Shown: in pieces, positions 17,345 to 26,542 of the stretch
Layout: each line of letters opens with the position of its first letter
Position numbering within the stretch: position 1 is the stretch's first letter
Source of the DNA: Candidatus Multivoradales bacterium
Lineage (GTDB): Bacteria; Acidobacteriota; Thermoanaerobaculia; Multivoradales; JAHEKO01
DNA length: 64,000 bases
NCBI GenBank assembly: GCA_965248055.1
Contig: CBDFIJ010000004.1
Span: forward strand, 2,368,001 to 2,432,000
Direction of reading: 5' to 3'
Notes under the pieces: generated by a model
Seen by the model: the letters and a program-made list of their open reading frames with translations, nothing else
The model's database searches: none
What the model was told of the DNA's origin: nothing
Program-made: the position numbers and the translations under genes

Positions 17345-18112
17345 GTGAATGACGAAAGGAAGATCGCAGTATTTTGCGACTTTGAAAACATCGCTCTGGG
17401 AGTACGAGATTCCCAAATTGATAAATTTGACATCAAGTTGGTCCTCGAGCGGTTGCTAGAAAAAGGCAAGATCATCGTTAAGAAAGCCTATTGTGACTGG
17501 GGCGCTTACACTGCGTACAAAAAGGCGGTACACGAAGCGGCCATGGAGATGATCGAAATCCCTCAGAAGTACTATTCCGGGAAAAACAGTGCCGACATTA
17601 AGATGGTGGTGGACGCAATGGACTTATGCTCTTCCAAAGAGCATCTCGACACCTTCGTGATCATGTCCGGGGATAGTGATTTCTCGCCGTTGGTCTCCAA
17701 ACTCAAGGAGAACAACAAGTACGTGATCGGCGTTGGGGTCAAGGACGCGTCGTCGAAACTGCTGGTCGACAACTGCGACGAGTTCATTTTTTACGAAGAT
17801 ATTTGGCGTCAAACGCAGACCAAGAAGAAGACTCGCAGCCGCAAAAAGACCGGCAAGACCAAAGAGAGCGCAGAGGCGTTCGACATGATGCTGGACTCAA
17901 TCCAAGCGTTGCTACGGGAGAACAAGGATGTGCTGTGGGGGTCGATGATCAAGCAGACCATGCAGCGCAAGCATCCTTCCTTCAACGAGGGTTACTACGG
18001 GTATTCAACATTCTCCGAAATGCTGGAGGACGCGCAGAAACAGGGTTTGATTCAACTCAAAAAAGATCAACGGTCTGGAACTTACGTAGTGACAGAGTTC
18101 GCCGGGGAGTAG
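17345..18112 (+). CDS. NYN-domain (LabA/DUF88) protein with OST-HTH/LOTUS domain
   Basis: VFCDFEN, KNSADIKMVVDA, SGDSDFSPL, C-terminal FNEGYYGYSTFSEMLE. Confidence 0.88.
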   Translation: MNDERKIAVFCDFENIALGVRDSQIDKFDIKLVLERLLEKGKIIVKKAYCDWGAYTAYKKAVHEAAMEMIEIPQKYYSGKNSADIKMVVDAMDLCSSKEHLDTFVIMSGDSDFSPLVSKLKENNKYVIGVGVKDASSKLLVDNCDEFIFYEDIWRQTQTKKKTRSRKKTGKTKESAEAFDMMLDSIQALLRENKDVLWGSMIKQTMQRKHPSFNEGYYGYSTFSEMLEDAQKQGLIQLKKDQRSGTYVVTEFAGE

Positions 18113-18217
18113 CCTGGGGCCTTGTGATACGGTCCGCCGACTGGGAATCGGTGGCGGCTGGGCTTTTCCAGCCCACTTGGAGCAATTGGACCTTTTGATT
18201 TCTGGATGGGAGCGAGA

Positions 18218-18889
18218 ATGGCGAAGCGCTGGAAACGAGAAGATATTACCTACTTGAAGCGCTATGCGGCGCAGCGCACCCTGGGTGAGCTGTCGATTCG
18301 GTTCAAAACTGACGAAGAAACGGTCGAGGCCCAGTTGGTGAACTTGGGGGTAGCCGCGCGGGGCAGTGACCGCGCCCGCTACGTGGAAGACCCGGCGGTC
18401 GCTGAACTCGAAAAAGCGGTGCGGGCGCTGCACGCTGGAAAACTGGAACAAGCTAAGAAGAGCCTGGATATTGCTCTCAACTGTGAGTTATCCGAGGTCG
18501 CGGGTAAAGCCAAGCTTTATCTACGGCGCCTGGAAATGATGTCGAAAGCGGTACAGGTCGGCGATCCTTATTTGCAGGCGGTTTACGAAAAGAATAATGG
18601 CGAATTTGCCAATGCCTTGAGCGCGGCTAAGCGCGGAGGTCGTTGGGACAAAGAAGGTCGGTTTGCCTATTTGGGAGCGGCCGCCTTGATGGGACTGGGA
18701 GAGATCGAAGAAGCTGAACAGCGACTCCAGACCGCGGTCGATTTGGCGCCGGAGTTTGGCATCCAAGCCAAAGTGGACCCCGACTTCGCCGAGTTGTTCC
18801 CTGACGAGCCCGATGAAGATGAGGTTCCAGAAGACCAGGAAGACCCAGAAACCGTGGAGATCGTCGACGAGCCTTCGTCGGAGGACTAA
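18218..18889 (+). CDS. TPR-repeat protein
   Basis: TPR-like helices, AKVDPDF motif, acidic tail. Confidence 0.6.
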   Translation: MAKRWKREDITYLKRYAAQRTLGELSIRFKTDEETVEAQLVNLGVAARGSDRARYVEDPAVAELEKAVRALHAGKLEQAKKSLDIALNCELSEVAGKAKLYLRRLEMMSKAVQVGDPYLQAVYEKNNGEFANALSAAKRGGRWDKEGRFAYLGAAALMGLGEIEEAEQRLQTAVDLAPEFGIQAKVDPDFAELFPDEPDEDEVPEDQEDPETVEIVDEPSSED

Positions 18890-18946
18890 CGAAAGGGTTG
18901 ACCGAGTTGCCCAGCGAGGGTGTCTCGCGGACCTGAGAGATCGGTC

Positions 18947-19957
18947 ATGACCGCTGATCACGGCGGAATCCAGCAGAAATCAACCAGCCAAAGGGCACCA
19001 CAGTCGATCCGAGTGGTGGTGATCGGCGGTGGCAGTGGCTTGTCGGTGGTCTTGCGTGGGCTCAAACACCATGTCGGCGAGCAGGTCGCAGACCTGACCG
19101 CGGTGGTCACGGTCTCCGATGACGGAGGGTCTTCAGGTCGCCTGCGCCGTGACCTTGGCGTTCTGCCGCCAGGGGATATACGTAACTGCATCGTCGCTCT
19201 GGCAGACGACGAAGCCCTACTCTCTCGATTATTTCAATATCGATTTCCCGGCGACGGTGGACTAGGTGGCCATTCGTTTGGCAACCTGCTCTTGACCGCG
19301 CTGGCTGGGGTCACCGGAGACTTCGCCCACGCGATTGCCACTGCTGAATCGATTCTTTCGGTACGCGGACATATCTTGCCGGCGACGCTGGAACAGGTGC
19401 ATCTGCGAGGTCTGGGCCGCTCGGGCAAGTCGTACGTTGGCGAATCCGCGGTGGGCGCTTCCGCAGAGCCCTTGGTCGAGGTCACCTTGGAGCCGGCAAA
19501 CACCGCTGCCTATCGACCGGCTGTTGAAGCGATCCTGGCCGCCGACCTGGTGGTTTTGGGGCCCGGGTCGCTCTACACCTCAGTGCTCGCCAATCTACTG
19601 ATTCCGGGGATCTGCGCTGCGGTCAACGCCACTGCGGCGAAGGTGGTGTTGCCGCTTAACTTGATGACCCAACCCGGCGAGACTGATGGTTTAGACGGCG
19701 ACCACCACCTCCGGGCAGTTGCTGAGACCCTCGCTCCGGGTGTTTTGGATGCTGTCTTGGTTGCCGATCATCAGCCAACAGAGGAGCAATTGCAGGCATA
19801 TACTGCCCTGGGTGCAATGCCGGTGACCGTCGATCAAGCAGTTGCAACCCATTTTGGTGCCTCGGTTTTGCCACGCGATCTCCTCGATGATGGCGTCCTG
19901 ATTCGCCACCATCCGGACAAGCTGGGTCGCGCCCTGATCGAATTAGCGAGTTTGTGA
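18947..19957 (+). CDS. yvcK: YvcK/GlmR (UPF0052) UDP-GlcNAc-binding protein
   Basis: IGGGSGL, VTVSDDGGSSGRLR, PPGDIRN, GHSFGNL, GPGSLYTS, NLMTQPGET, IRHHPDKL. Confidence 0.92.
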   Translation: MTADHGGIQQKSTSQRAPQSIRVVVIGGGSGLSVVLRGLKHHVGEQVADLTAVVTVSDDGGSSGRLRRDLGVLPPGDIRNCIVALADDEALLSRLFQYRFPGDGGLGGHSFGNLLLTALAGVTGDFAHAIATAESILSVRGHILPATLEQVHLRGLGRSGKSYVGESAVGASAEPLVEVTLEPANTAAYRPAVEAILAADLVVLGPGSLYTSVLANLLIPGICAAVNATAAKVVLPLNLMTQPGETDGLDGDHHLRAVAETLAPGVLDAVLVADHQPTEEQLQAYTALGAMPVTVDQAVATHFGASVLPRDLLDDGVLIRHHPDKLGRALIELASL

Positions 19958-21432
19958 AGTCGACAGCAGAGGAGCTTTTGAGTCAGACCACCTTCCAAGA
20001 CCGAGCCGTAGGAGTGATCCTGGCGGCGGGCAAGGGAACGCGGATGCGTTCTTCGTTGCCCAAGGTGTTGCACCAAGTTGCCGGGGTGCCGATCTTGGCG
20101 CATGTTGCCGAGCGCGCGGTTGAAGCTGGGTGCATACGGTTGCTGATCATTGTCGGCCACGGTGGAGAAGCTGTACGGGAAGCAGCTCAGGGACTCTTGC
20201 CCGAGGGCATCGAGGCCGACTGGGTTGAGCAGAAAGAGCAGTTGGGAACCGGCCATGCGGTGCAGCAAATTGCCGGTCACGTGGATGATCGAGACCATCT
20301 GTTGATTCTCTCGGGGGATGCTCCTTTGATCGAGGTCGAAAGTCTGCAGTCTCTGCTTGGAGCTGAGACCGCAGCCATGGCGGCAGCCGAAGTAAACCCG
20401 CCTGGCAGTCTGGGTAGAGTGGTTCAAAGAGCCGATGGGCGGTTGAATCGTATCGTCGAGGCCGCGGATGCCGATGCCGACGAGTTGGCCATCTCTACGG
20501 TCAACGCTGGTTTCTACGCCCTACCAGCGGGGCCGCTGCTGGCAGCCCTGGCGACCTTGGGAACCGACAACCAACAGGGTGAGATCTACCTGACCGACGC
20601 TGTCGGCGTGCTTGCAGATGACCTGGGAGTTGAAGTTCATACGCTGGCCGACAGCAGCGAAGCATGGGGGATCAACGACCGGCGTGATTTGGCGTCGGTC
20701 GACCGGCGCTGGATCGAGCGCCGGCTGGACGCCTTGATGCAAGCTGGAGTTACTGTCTATGACCCGCCTTCAGTGCGGATCGAGGCGCGGGTCGAAGTTG
20801 GTGCCGACAGTGTGTTGCATCGCGGCGTGGTGCTCACAGGTAACACCACGATCGGTCAAAACTGCGAGGTCGGCGTGGGCTGCGTGGTACATAACACCGA
20901 GCTGGCTGACGGGGCTTCGCTGGGTCCCTACACGGTGACCGATGGCGCTGTGTTGCTGGCTGGTGCTCATGCAGGTCCGTTTGCCCGTTTGCGTCCAGGT
21001 GCGGTGTTGGGCGATGGGGCAAAAGTGGGCAACTTTGTCGAGGTCAAGAACTCGAAGTTGGGCGTAGGGGTAAAGGCGGGTCACTTGGCTTATCTCGGTG
21101 ACGCTGAGATCGGTGCCAACGCCAATATCGGGGCGGGCACCGTGACTTGCAACTACGACGGGGTGAAGAAATCCAAGACCACCATAGGCGAGGGCGCCTT
21201 TATTGGCAGCGACACCATGTTGGTGGCCCCGGTTGAGGTGGGACCGGGGGCGATTACCGGCGCTGGATCGACCATCACTCACGACGTGCCCGAGGACGCC
21301 TTGGCGGTCGAGCGATCGGATCAGAGGACGATCGACGGTTGGGCGCGGCGTCGTCGAAGCCAGGACCGTCAAAGCAAGGGTAGTCGAGACCACGGCCATG
21401 GAATCAAAGACGACAAAAGGAAAAACGACTGA
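19954..21432 (+). CDS. glmU: Bifunctional UDP-GlcNAc pyrophosphorylase / glucosamine-1-P acetyltransferase
   Basis: ILAAGKGTRMRS.LPKVLH, QLGTGHAV, hexapeptide repeats, GNFVEVK, HLAYLGD, TCNYDG. Confidence 0.96.
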   Translation: MKSTAEELLSQTTFQDRAVGVILAAGKGTRMRSSLPKVLHQVAGVPILAHVAERAVEAGCIRLLIIVGHGGEAVREAAQGLLPEGIEADWVEQKEQLGTGHAVQQIAGHVDDRDHLLILSGDAPLIEVESLQSLLGAETAAMAAAEVNPPGSLGRVVQRADGRLNRIVEAADADADELAISTVNAGFYALPAGPLLAALATLGTDNQQGEIYLTDAVGVLADDLGVEVHTLADSSEAWGINDRRDLASVDRRWIERRLDALMQAGVTVYDPPSVRIEARVEVGADSVLHRGVVLTGNTTIGQNCEVGVGCVVHNTELADGASLGPYTVTDGAVLLAGAHAGPFARLRPGAVLGDGAKVGNFVEVKNSKLGVGVKAGHLAYLGDAEIGANANIGAGTVTCNYDGVKKSKTTIGEGAFIGSDTMLVAPVEVGPGAITGAGSTITHDVPEDALAVERSDQRTIDGWARRRRSQDRQSKGSRDHGHGIKDDKRKND

Positions 21433-23249
21433 TGTGTGGAATTGTTGGATATCTGGGCGATCGCGAGGTAGTGCCGTTGTTGGTCGATGGCCTGTCGAAG
21501 CTTGAATATCGTGGCTACGACTCAGCAGGCGTGGTGGTCGCTAGCAATGGAGATCTACGCACCGCCAAGGCTGAAGGAAAATTGGCCAACCTTCGAACCA
21601 AGCTCGAGAGTGCCACCTTTGAGGGCAGCTACGGTCTGGGCCACACTCGCTGGGCGACCCACGGAGCGCCGTCAGAGCGTAACGCCCATCCGGTCACCGA
21701 CTCCAAGCGTCGGGTGGCGTTGATCCACAATGGCATTATTGAAAACTTTGTCGAGCTCAAGAATCGACTGAGTGGTGACGGTTGGGGATTTAGTACCGAT
21801 ACCGACACTGAGGTGGTCGCCAACCTGATTTCTTCCTATCTAGAGGAGGACCTTCTGGCCGCCGTGCGCCGCGCCGTTGCCGACTTGGAAGGGATGTACG
21901 CCTTCGCCGTGATCGCCACTGGCAGCGAAGAAATTGTCGCTGCCCGCAGCGGTCCGCCGTTGGTACTTGGCTTGGGCGAAGGCGAGCAGTTCTTGGCTTC
22001 CGATCCTGCGGCTTTGCTCGCCCACACCCGAGACGTGATTTTTCTTGAGGATGGCGAGATCGCCCGCCTGACCCGAGAAGCGATCTCGATCAGCGATCGC
22101 GACGGGCAGCCGGTTGAGCGCCAGCCGCAACGACTGCTGTGGGATCCGGTGCAGATCGAGAAGGGTGGCTATCGCCACTTCATGCTCAAAGAGATCCACG
22201 AGCAACCACAAGCAGTGCAAGACACGTTGGGCGGACGATTGGACTTTGAAACCGGCGAAGTCACCCTGGACGATGTGGAACTGACCGCTGCCGATATCGC
22301 GGCTATCGAGCGAGTACAAATCGTCGCCTGCGGAACCTCTTGGCACGCCGGGCAGGTGGGTAAATTCTTAGTCGAAGGCCTAGCTGGAATCCCCACCGCT
22401 GTCGACTACGGTTCGGAATACCGCTACCGAGACCCGATTACCGGGCCTAACACGCTGACGGTGGGCATCTCGCAGTCCGGAGAAACCGCGGACACCCTGT
22501 CGGCGATGTCTGCCGGACGCGACAAAGGCTCCAGACTCTTGGCGATCTGCAACGTATTGGGCAGTCAAGCGACACGGATCTCCGACGGGGTCATTTACAC
22601 CCACGCAGGGCCAGAAATCGGTGTTGCTTCGACCAAGGCGTTTACCACCCAACTGATCGCTCTCTATCTCTTGGCTTTGAAGTTGGCGCAACTGCGCGAC
22701 CGCGAACTTCCCAGCGCCTGGCTCGATGCCACCGCGCACTTACCCCAGGCACTGCAAGAAGTGATGGAGTTGAAAGGCGAGATCGAGATTTTGGCGCACA
22801 AATACTCCCGCGCCGAGAACTTTCTCTACCTGGGCCGGGGCATCAACTACCCGATCGCGCTGGAAGGGGCGCTCAAGCTCAAAGAGATCTCTTATATTCA
22901 TGCCGAGGGCTACCCGGCTGGAGAAATGAAGCACGGGCCGATTGCTCTAATCGACGAAGAACTGCCGGTGGTCGCCGTCGCCACTGGCGATCGGGTGTTC
23001 GACAAAGTGATGTCCAACGTCCAAGAAGTCAAAGCTCGCGGCGGCATTGCCATCGTCTTGACCGACCGCCGAGCGGAAGAGGTCCAATCGATCGCCGATG
23101 AGGTGGTCCTGGTGCCCAAGGTCGATGAATGGCTGCAGCCAATCGTCAACGTCATACCGCTGCAGCTTCTGGCCTACTTCATTGGTGTGCGTCGAGGCGC
23201 TGACGTGGATCAACCCAGGAACCTCGCCAAGAGCGTGACCGTGGAGTGA
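21432..23249 (+). CDS. glmS: Glutamine-fructose-6-phosphate transaminase
   Basis: MCGIVG, EYRGYDSAG, GHTRWATHG, SQSGETAD, PRNLAKSVTVE C-terminus. Confidence 0.98.
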   Translation: MCGIVGYLGDREVVPLLVDGLSKLEYRGYDSAGVVVASNGDLRTAKAEGKLANLRTKLESATFEGSYGLGHTRWATHGAPSERNAHPVTDSKRRVALIHNGIIENFVELKNRLSGDGWGFSTDTDTEVVANLISSYLEEDLLAAVRRAVADLEGMYAFAVIATGSEEIVAARSGPPLVLGLGEGEQFLASDPAALLAHTRDVIFLEDGEIARLTREAISISDRDGQPVERQPQRLLWDPVQIEKGGYRHFMLKEIHEQPQAVQDTLGGRLDFETGEVTLDDVELTAADIAAIERVQIVACGTSWHAGQVGKFLVEGLAGIPTAVDYGSEYRYRDPITGPNTLTVGISQSGETADTLSAMSAGRDKGSRLLAICNVLGSQATRISDGVIYTHAGPEIGVASTKAFTTQLIALYLLALKLAQLRDRELPSAWLDATAHLPQALQEVMELKGEIEILAHKYSRAENFLYLGRGINYPIALEGALKLKEISYIHAEGYPAGEMKHGPIALIDEELPVVAVATGDRVFDKVMSNVQEVKARGGIAIVLTDRRAEEVQSIADEVVLVPKVDEWLQPIVNVIPLQLLAYFIGVRRGADVDQPRNLAKSVTVE

Positions 23250-23315
23250 CATCAGCCGACTGTCTAGACGTGCGGGCCAAGACTTGGTCAATGCGCCTGT
23301 CCTTACGACAGGTCC

Positions 23316-24053
23316 TCAGTACGGACTCGGTGCCAAAGCAGGATCGATCAGCGATAGATAGCGCTCAGCGCAATGGCCGCAGCAACCCTCGGTGGCAAGC
23401 CATCCAGGAAAATCGCGTCTAATCGAGGGAGTGATTTCAGCTACGAGGTCGTGAGCGGCCCAGTCGGTGGTAGGGAAGCGGCACAACGGGCAACGAGTAT
23501 TGGTCTTGGCTTCGTCGACTTGACGATCAGCGGAAGCTCCAAGGTTGGCGACATTTGGTGAGCGCACCCGGTCAGCCGCTTGTTGCAAACTGGCGAGTAA
23601 CCGTTTGCCGAGCTCCACAGGAAGGCTAAGGTCACATGGCCGCGCAGCGATCACCAGATAAGCTGGGATGCCTTGGCCTTGCCGTTCACGGTTCTCCCAT
23701 AGCTCGGCGCCTTCATCCTCCCGATTGCCTACGGATCGAACCAGAATGTACTCCAGGTCGGTCGATAGGCAGGGAAAGGCGTCGAGCCACGCCGCCAGCA
23801 CCTGATCGAGTTCGAGCGCGCGGAAGAGTTGCCAATAGTGTTCGCGGAAGGCGGACTCTCGATCCTCGCCGTGCGGTAGTAGGTAGAGGTCGTCCAGACG
23901 ATTCCGGTTCTGGTGGCGCAGCCGAAGCAGTCGCGCGCCGGGTAAAGTGGAGGGACCGTTGTCCAAGGCGAAGCGAACGGCCTCCTCGACCAACGGAGGT
24001 TCGTATTCTACGGTCGCTCGAGCGGCTGGCGCGGGAAGGGTATCTTGGGTCAT
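23316..24053 (-). CDS. Hypothetical protein with C-terminal Cys cluster, last gene of the NXR-like operon
   Basis: CPLCRFP...CCGHC; start overlaps the chaperone stop. Confidence 0.65.
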   Translation of the reverse strand: MTQDTLPAPAARATVEYEPPLVEEAVRFALDNGPSTLPGARLLRLRHQNRNRLDDLYLLPHGEDRESAFREHYWQLFRALELDQVLAAWLDAFPCLSTDLEYILVRSVGNREDEGAELWENRERQGQGIPAYLVIAARPCDLSLPVELGKRLLASLQQAADRVRSPNVANLGASADRQVDEAKTNTRCPLCRFPTTDWAAHDLVAEITPSIRRDFPGWLATEGCCGHCAERYLSLIDPALAPSPY

Positions 24054-24853
24054 CGGCAGACGGGGAAGACGCTTTCGTGTGGTGCCACAGGTTCACCGTC
24101 TCCGCCAACCCCACACGAAAAACAAGCCCCCTCGGGTTCCGCCCCACTGACCTGGGGGGAGGGGAGCTCGGTGAAAGGGGCAATCTCCATGACCGCGCGC
24201 TCGGCGGCGACGAAGGCGCGCGCGAAAGCTGCCAGAGTGCGGTAGAAACTGGCATCGGTACGGGCTTCAAGTTGCACACCAAAAGACGGTAGCCACCAGC
24301 CCAGATGATCAATAAAGAAGCGCCGTTGCGCTTGCCTGCAGACGCCAACCTGTTCCTTTCCCAAGCCTTGCTCGGCGGCGTAGAGTTGCCGTGCGATAAC
24401 GATCTCCATGAATTCCGCCTCCAAGGAGAGGAAATCAATGCGCTCGCGGGCATTGGCACGGCGGTCGAGACCGAAGCCACGGTAGAAGCCGGCGACGTCG
24501 GCGAGTCTTTGCGAACGGAAGGTAATGTCGCTGTTAGTGTAGTACTCGTTCTCGTACGGTGGACAATCCTTGCTGATGGTATGGCCGAAGACCTGCAAGT
24601 AGTCTTCGGCAAGGTCATCGTCATTTGGAAATAAGTGATCAGCCGATAGCAGCGAAGGGTGCAGCTCCCCAGGTCCCAGGAGCTCCGGGTGAAAGCGTGG
24701 ATCGTCTCGCAGCCAGTTGACGGCAGCGTTGATCACAGCACGAAAATCGGGATCAGAGAGCGCTGCGAATCGCTGGTCCGAGGGCGGCAGTGGCGCCAAG
24801 CTGAGGTATCGGTAGAGGTTGGCCCGAGCCAGATCAAGAGTCGTATCGTTCAA
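24050..24853 (-). CDS. TorD/DmsD-family molybdoenzyme maturation chaperone
   Basis: CPPYENEY, LADVAGFYRGFG, ERIDFLSLEAEFM, FFIDHLGWW. Confidence 0.85.
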   Translation of the reverse strand: MNDTTLDLARANLYRYLSLAPLPPSDQRFAALSDPDFRAVINAAVNWLRDDPRFHPELLGPGELHPSLLSADHLFPNDDDLAEDYLQVFGHTISKDCPPYENEYYTNSDITFRSQRLADVAGFYRGFGLDRRANARERIDFLSLEAEFMEIVIARQLYAAEQGLGKEQVGVCRQAQRRFFIDHLGWWLPSFGVQLEARTDASFYRTLAAFARAFVAAERAVMEIAPFTELPSPQVSGAEPEGACFSCGVGGDGEPVAPHESVFPVCR

Positions 24854-24867
24854 TCCATGGCTCCTGC

Positions 24868-26157
24868 TTAGATCGAATTGGGGTGCTGTCCGGGGCGCTC
24901 GAAAGTGGGTTCCTCAACGGTGGTCCGCACCACCTCTTTGCCCGAGCGGCCGTATCCGATGACGGTGTCGTTGAAGATCTCCAGGGTCTTCTTGCTCCCT
25001 GAAGGGAGCGTGACCTCCCGCTCGTGAATCTTCGGTCCTTCGACGATCTGGTAGCGGAAAATAATCGGTCGTGTGGCGCGGAATAGTTGCAGCACTGCCA
25101 GCAGCTTGCGCGACGGGCACACGTAACGCTCGATGGCCTGTTCGACTCCGGGGCCGAACATCTGTTCCAGATAAGGGCGCGGGACCCAGCGGGGAGGAAT
25201 GTAGAAGCCGTTGGGTTCGGTGCCAAATTGAGGATACAAAGGTAGAGCCACCTCCTCCTCGCGGATCAGCAAGTGAAGGGGGTTTGCAGTGTCCTCGACC
25301 CATGCCCCCTCTTTGCTGGTCTTGACCATCCCTTGCAGGCGAATCTTGCCGACGCAAGAACTCATGCAACGGGTCTCGATCGGCTCGCCATCGGGAGTGA
25401 TTTCGGCATCACGACCCTCAAGGCGGGGGTAGCAGGCGATACATTTTTCACTGGTGCGTGTGGTCGGCCGATACAGCGATTTCTTGTAAGGACAGGCTTC
25501 CACACACTTGCGATAACCGCGGCAACGCTTTTGGTCGATCAGTACCACGCCGTCTTCGGGGCGCTTGTAAATGGCGCCGCGCGGGCATGCCGCCAAGCAT
25601 CCAGGGTAGGTGCAGTGGTTACAGATACGCTGTAGGTAGAAGAACCAAAGGTCATGCTGCGGCAGGCTAGCGGTTTTGCCGTATTCGCCCGGCTTCCAGT
25701 CGGGGCCGGTGGCTGTGTCTTCGCCTCTATTGGGGGCACTCCACTCGTCGTCGCTTGGCAAGTACCCGAGGACACGGCTTTGAGGGCTAGATTCAATAGG
25801 GTGCTTGGCTTCGAATATGGTTTTACCGGAGAACACTCCGTAGGGTGCCTCATGGTCGTCTTCGGACGATCCGGACTGCCAGCTTTGCCCGCCAGGGTTG
25901 GCTTGTTCGAGCAGCCCCAGAGTCTTGACGTCCCAGGCTCGCGGATAGCTACCGTAAGGTTTGGTCTCGACGTTGTTCCACCACATCTGCTCCTGGCCTT
26001 GCGAGAAGGTCCAGGTCGACTTGCAAGCCATGGTGCAGGTCTGGCAACCGATGCAGCGGTTGATATTGAAAACAAAAGCGAACTGCCACTCCGGGTGTGA
26101 CTCGTCGTATGGATACTCCATTTCCCGACCGAGCTGCCAGTTGTAGACATTGCTCAT
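24868..26157 (-). CDS. nxrB: Type II DMSO-reductase-family beta (Fe-S) subunit, NxrB-like
   Basis: MSNVYNWQLGREMEYPY...QFAFVFNINRCIGCQTCTMACKSTWT, CNHCTYPGCLAACP, CRGYRKCVEACP, CIACYP, YPQFGTEPNG closely follow periplasmic NxrB. Confidence 0.85.
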   Translation of the reverse strand: MSNVYNWQLGREMEYPYDESHPEWQFAFVFNINRCIGCQTCTMACKSTWTFSQGQEQMWWNNVETKPYGSYPRAWDVKTLGLLEQANPGGQSWQSGSSEDDHEAPYGVFSGKTIFEAKHPIESSPQSRVLGYLPSDDEWSAPNRGEDTATGPDWKPGEYGKTASLPQHDLWFFYLQRICNHCTYPGCLAACPRGAIYKRPEDGVVLIDQKRCRGYRKCVEACPYKKSLYRPTTRTSEKCIACYPRLEGRDAEITPDGEPIETRCMSSCVGKIRLQGMVKTSKEGAWVEDTANPLHLLIREEEVALPLYPQFGTEPNGFYIPPRWVPRPYLEQMFGPGVEQAIERYVCPSRKLLAVLQLFRATRPIIFRYQIVEGPKIHEREVTLPSGSKKTLEIFNDTVIGYGRSGKEVVRTTVEEPTFERPGQHPNSI

Positions 26158-26537
26158 GGCTGTTGATCCTCTCTGAGGCTCCGAGATTGTCCGATTTGCA
26201 CCAGATTCGATCGCTCGTGGGTGGACTCGGTGTCGTGTTCCACGACGCGAAACACGCCGCATTCGCCGATCACGGCGGCGATCGTGGCTCGTACGGCTTG
26301 CTCGCCTAGGTGCAAGTAGGTGGGGTGGATTGCCGCGTATCGGGGCTGACGAAAGAGCTCCAAGATCTGCTCGGGGCCGTAGCCCACGGCGGCATATTCC
26401 TCAATGAAGCAGCGCATAAGTTGGTTGACATCGGCTCCGGGCACCTTGCTACCGACCAGAGTCATCGGGTCGCTCGACTCGGTCTGCTTGTTGGAGCCGT
26501 GGGGGGCCACTAGCGCTGGGATTGGTTTCTTATCCAT
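26154..26537 (-). CDS. Small hypothetical protein between alpha and beta subunits
   Basis: DPMTLVG...MRCFIEEYAAVG; ATGA coupling to the beta subunit. Confidence 0.65.
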   Translation of the reverse strand: MDKKPIPALVAPHGSNKQTESSDPMTLVGSKVPGADVNQLMRCFIEEYAAVGYGPEQILELFRQPRYAAIHPTYLHLGEQAVRATIAAVIGECGVFRVVEHDTESTHERSNLVQIGQSRSLREDQQP

Positions 26538-26542
26538 TGCCC

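Noticed and set aside
23250-23315. Tn7-like insertion at attTn7 downstream of glmS carrying the NXR-like operon
   Set aside because: No tnsABCD genes, and no recognisable Tn7 end repeats or 5-bp duplication.
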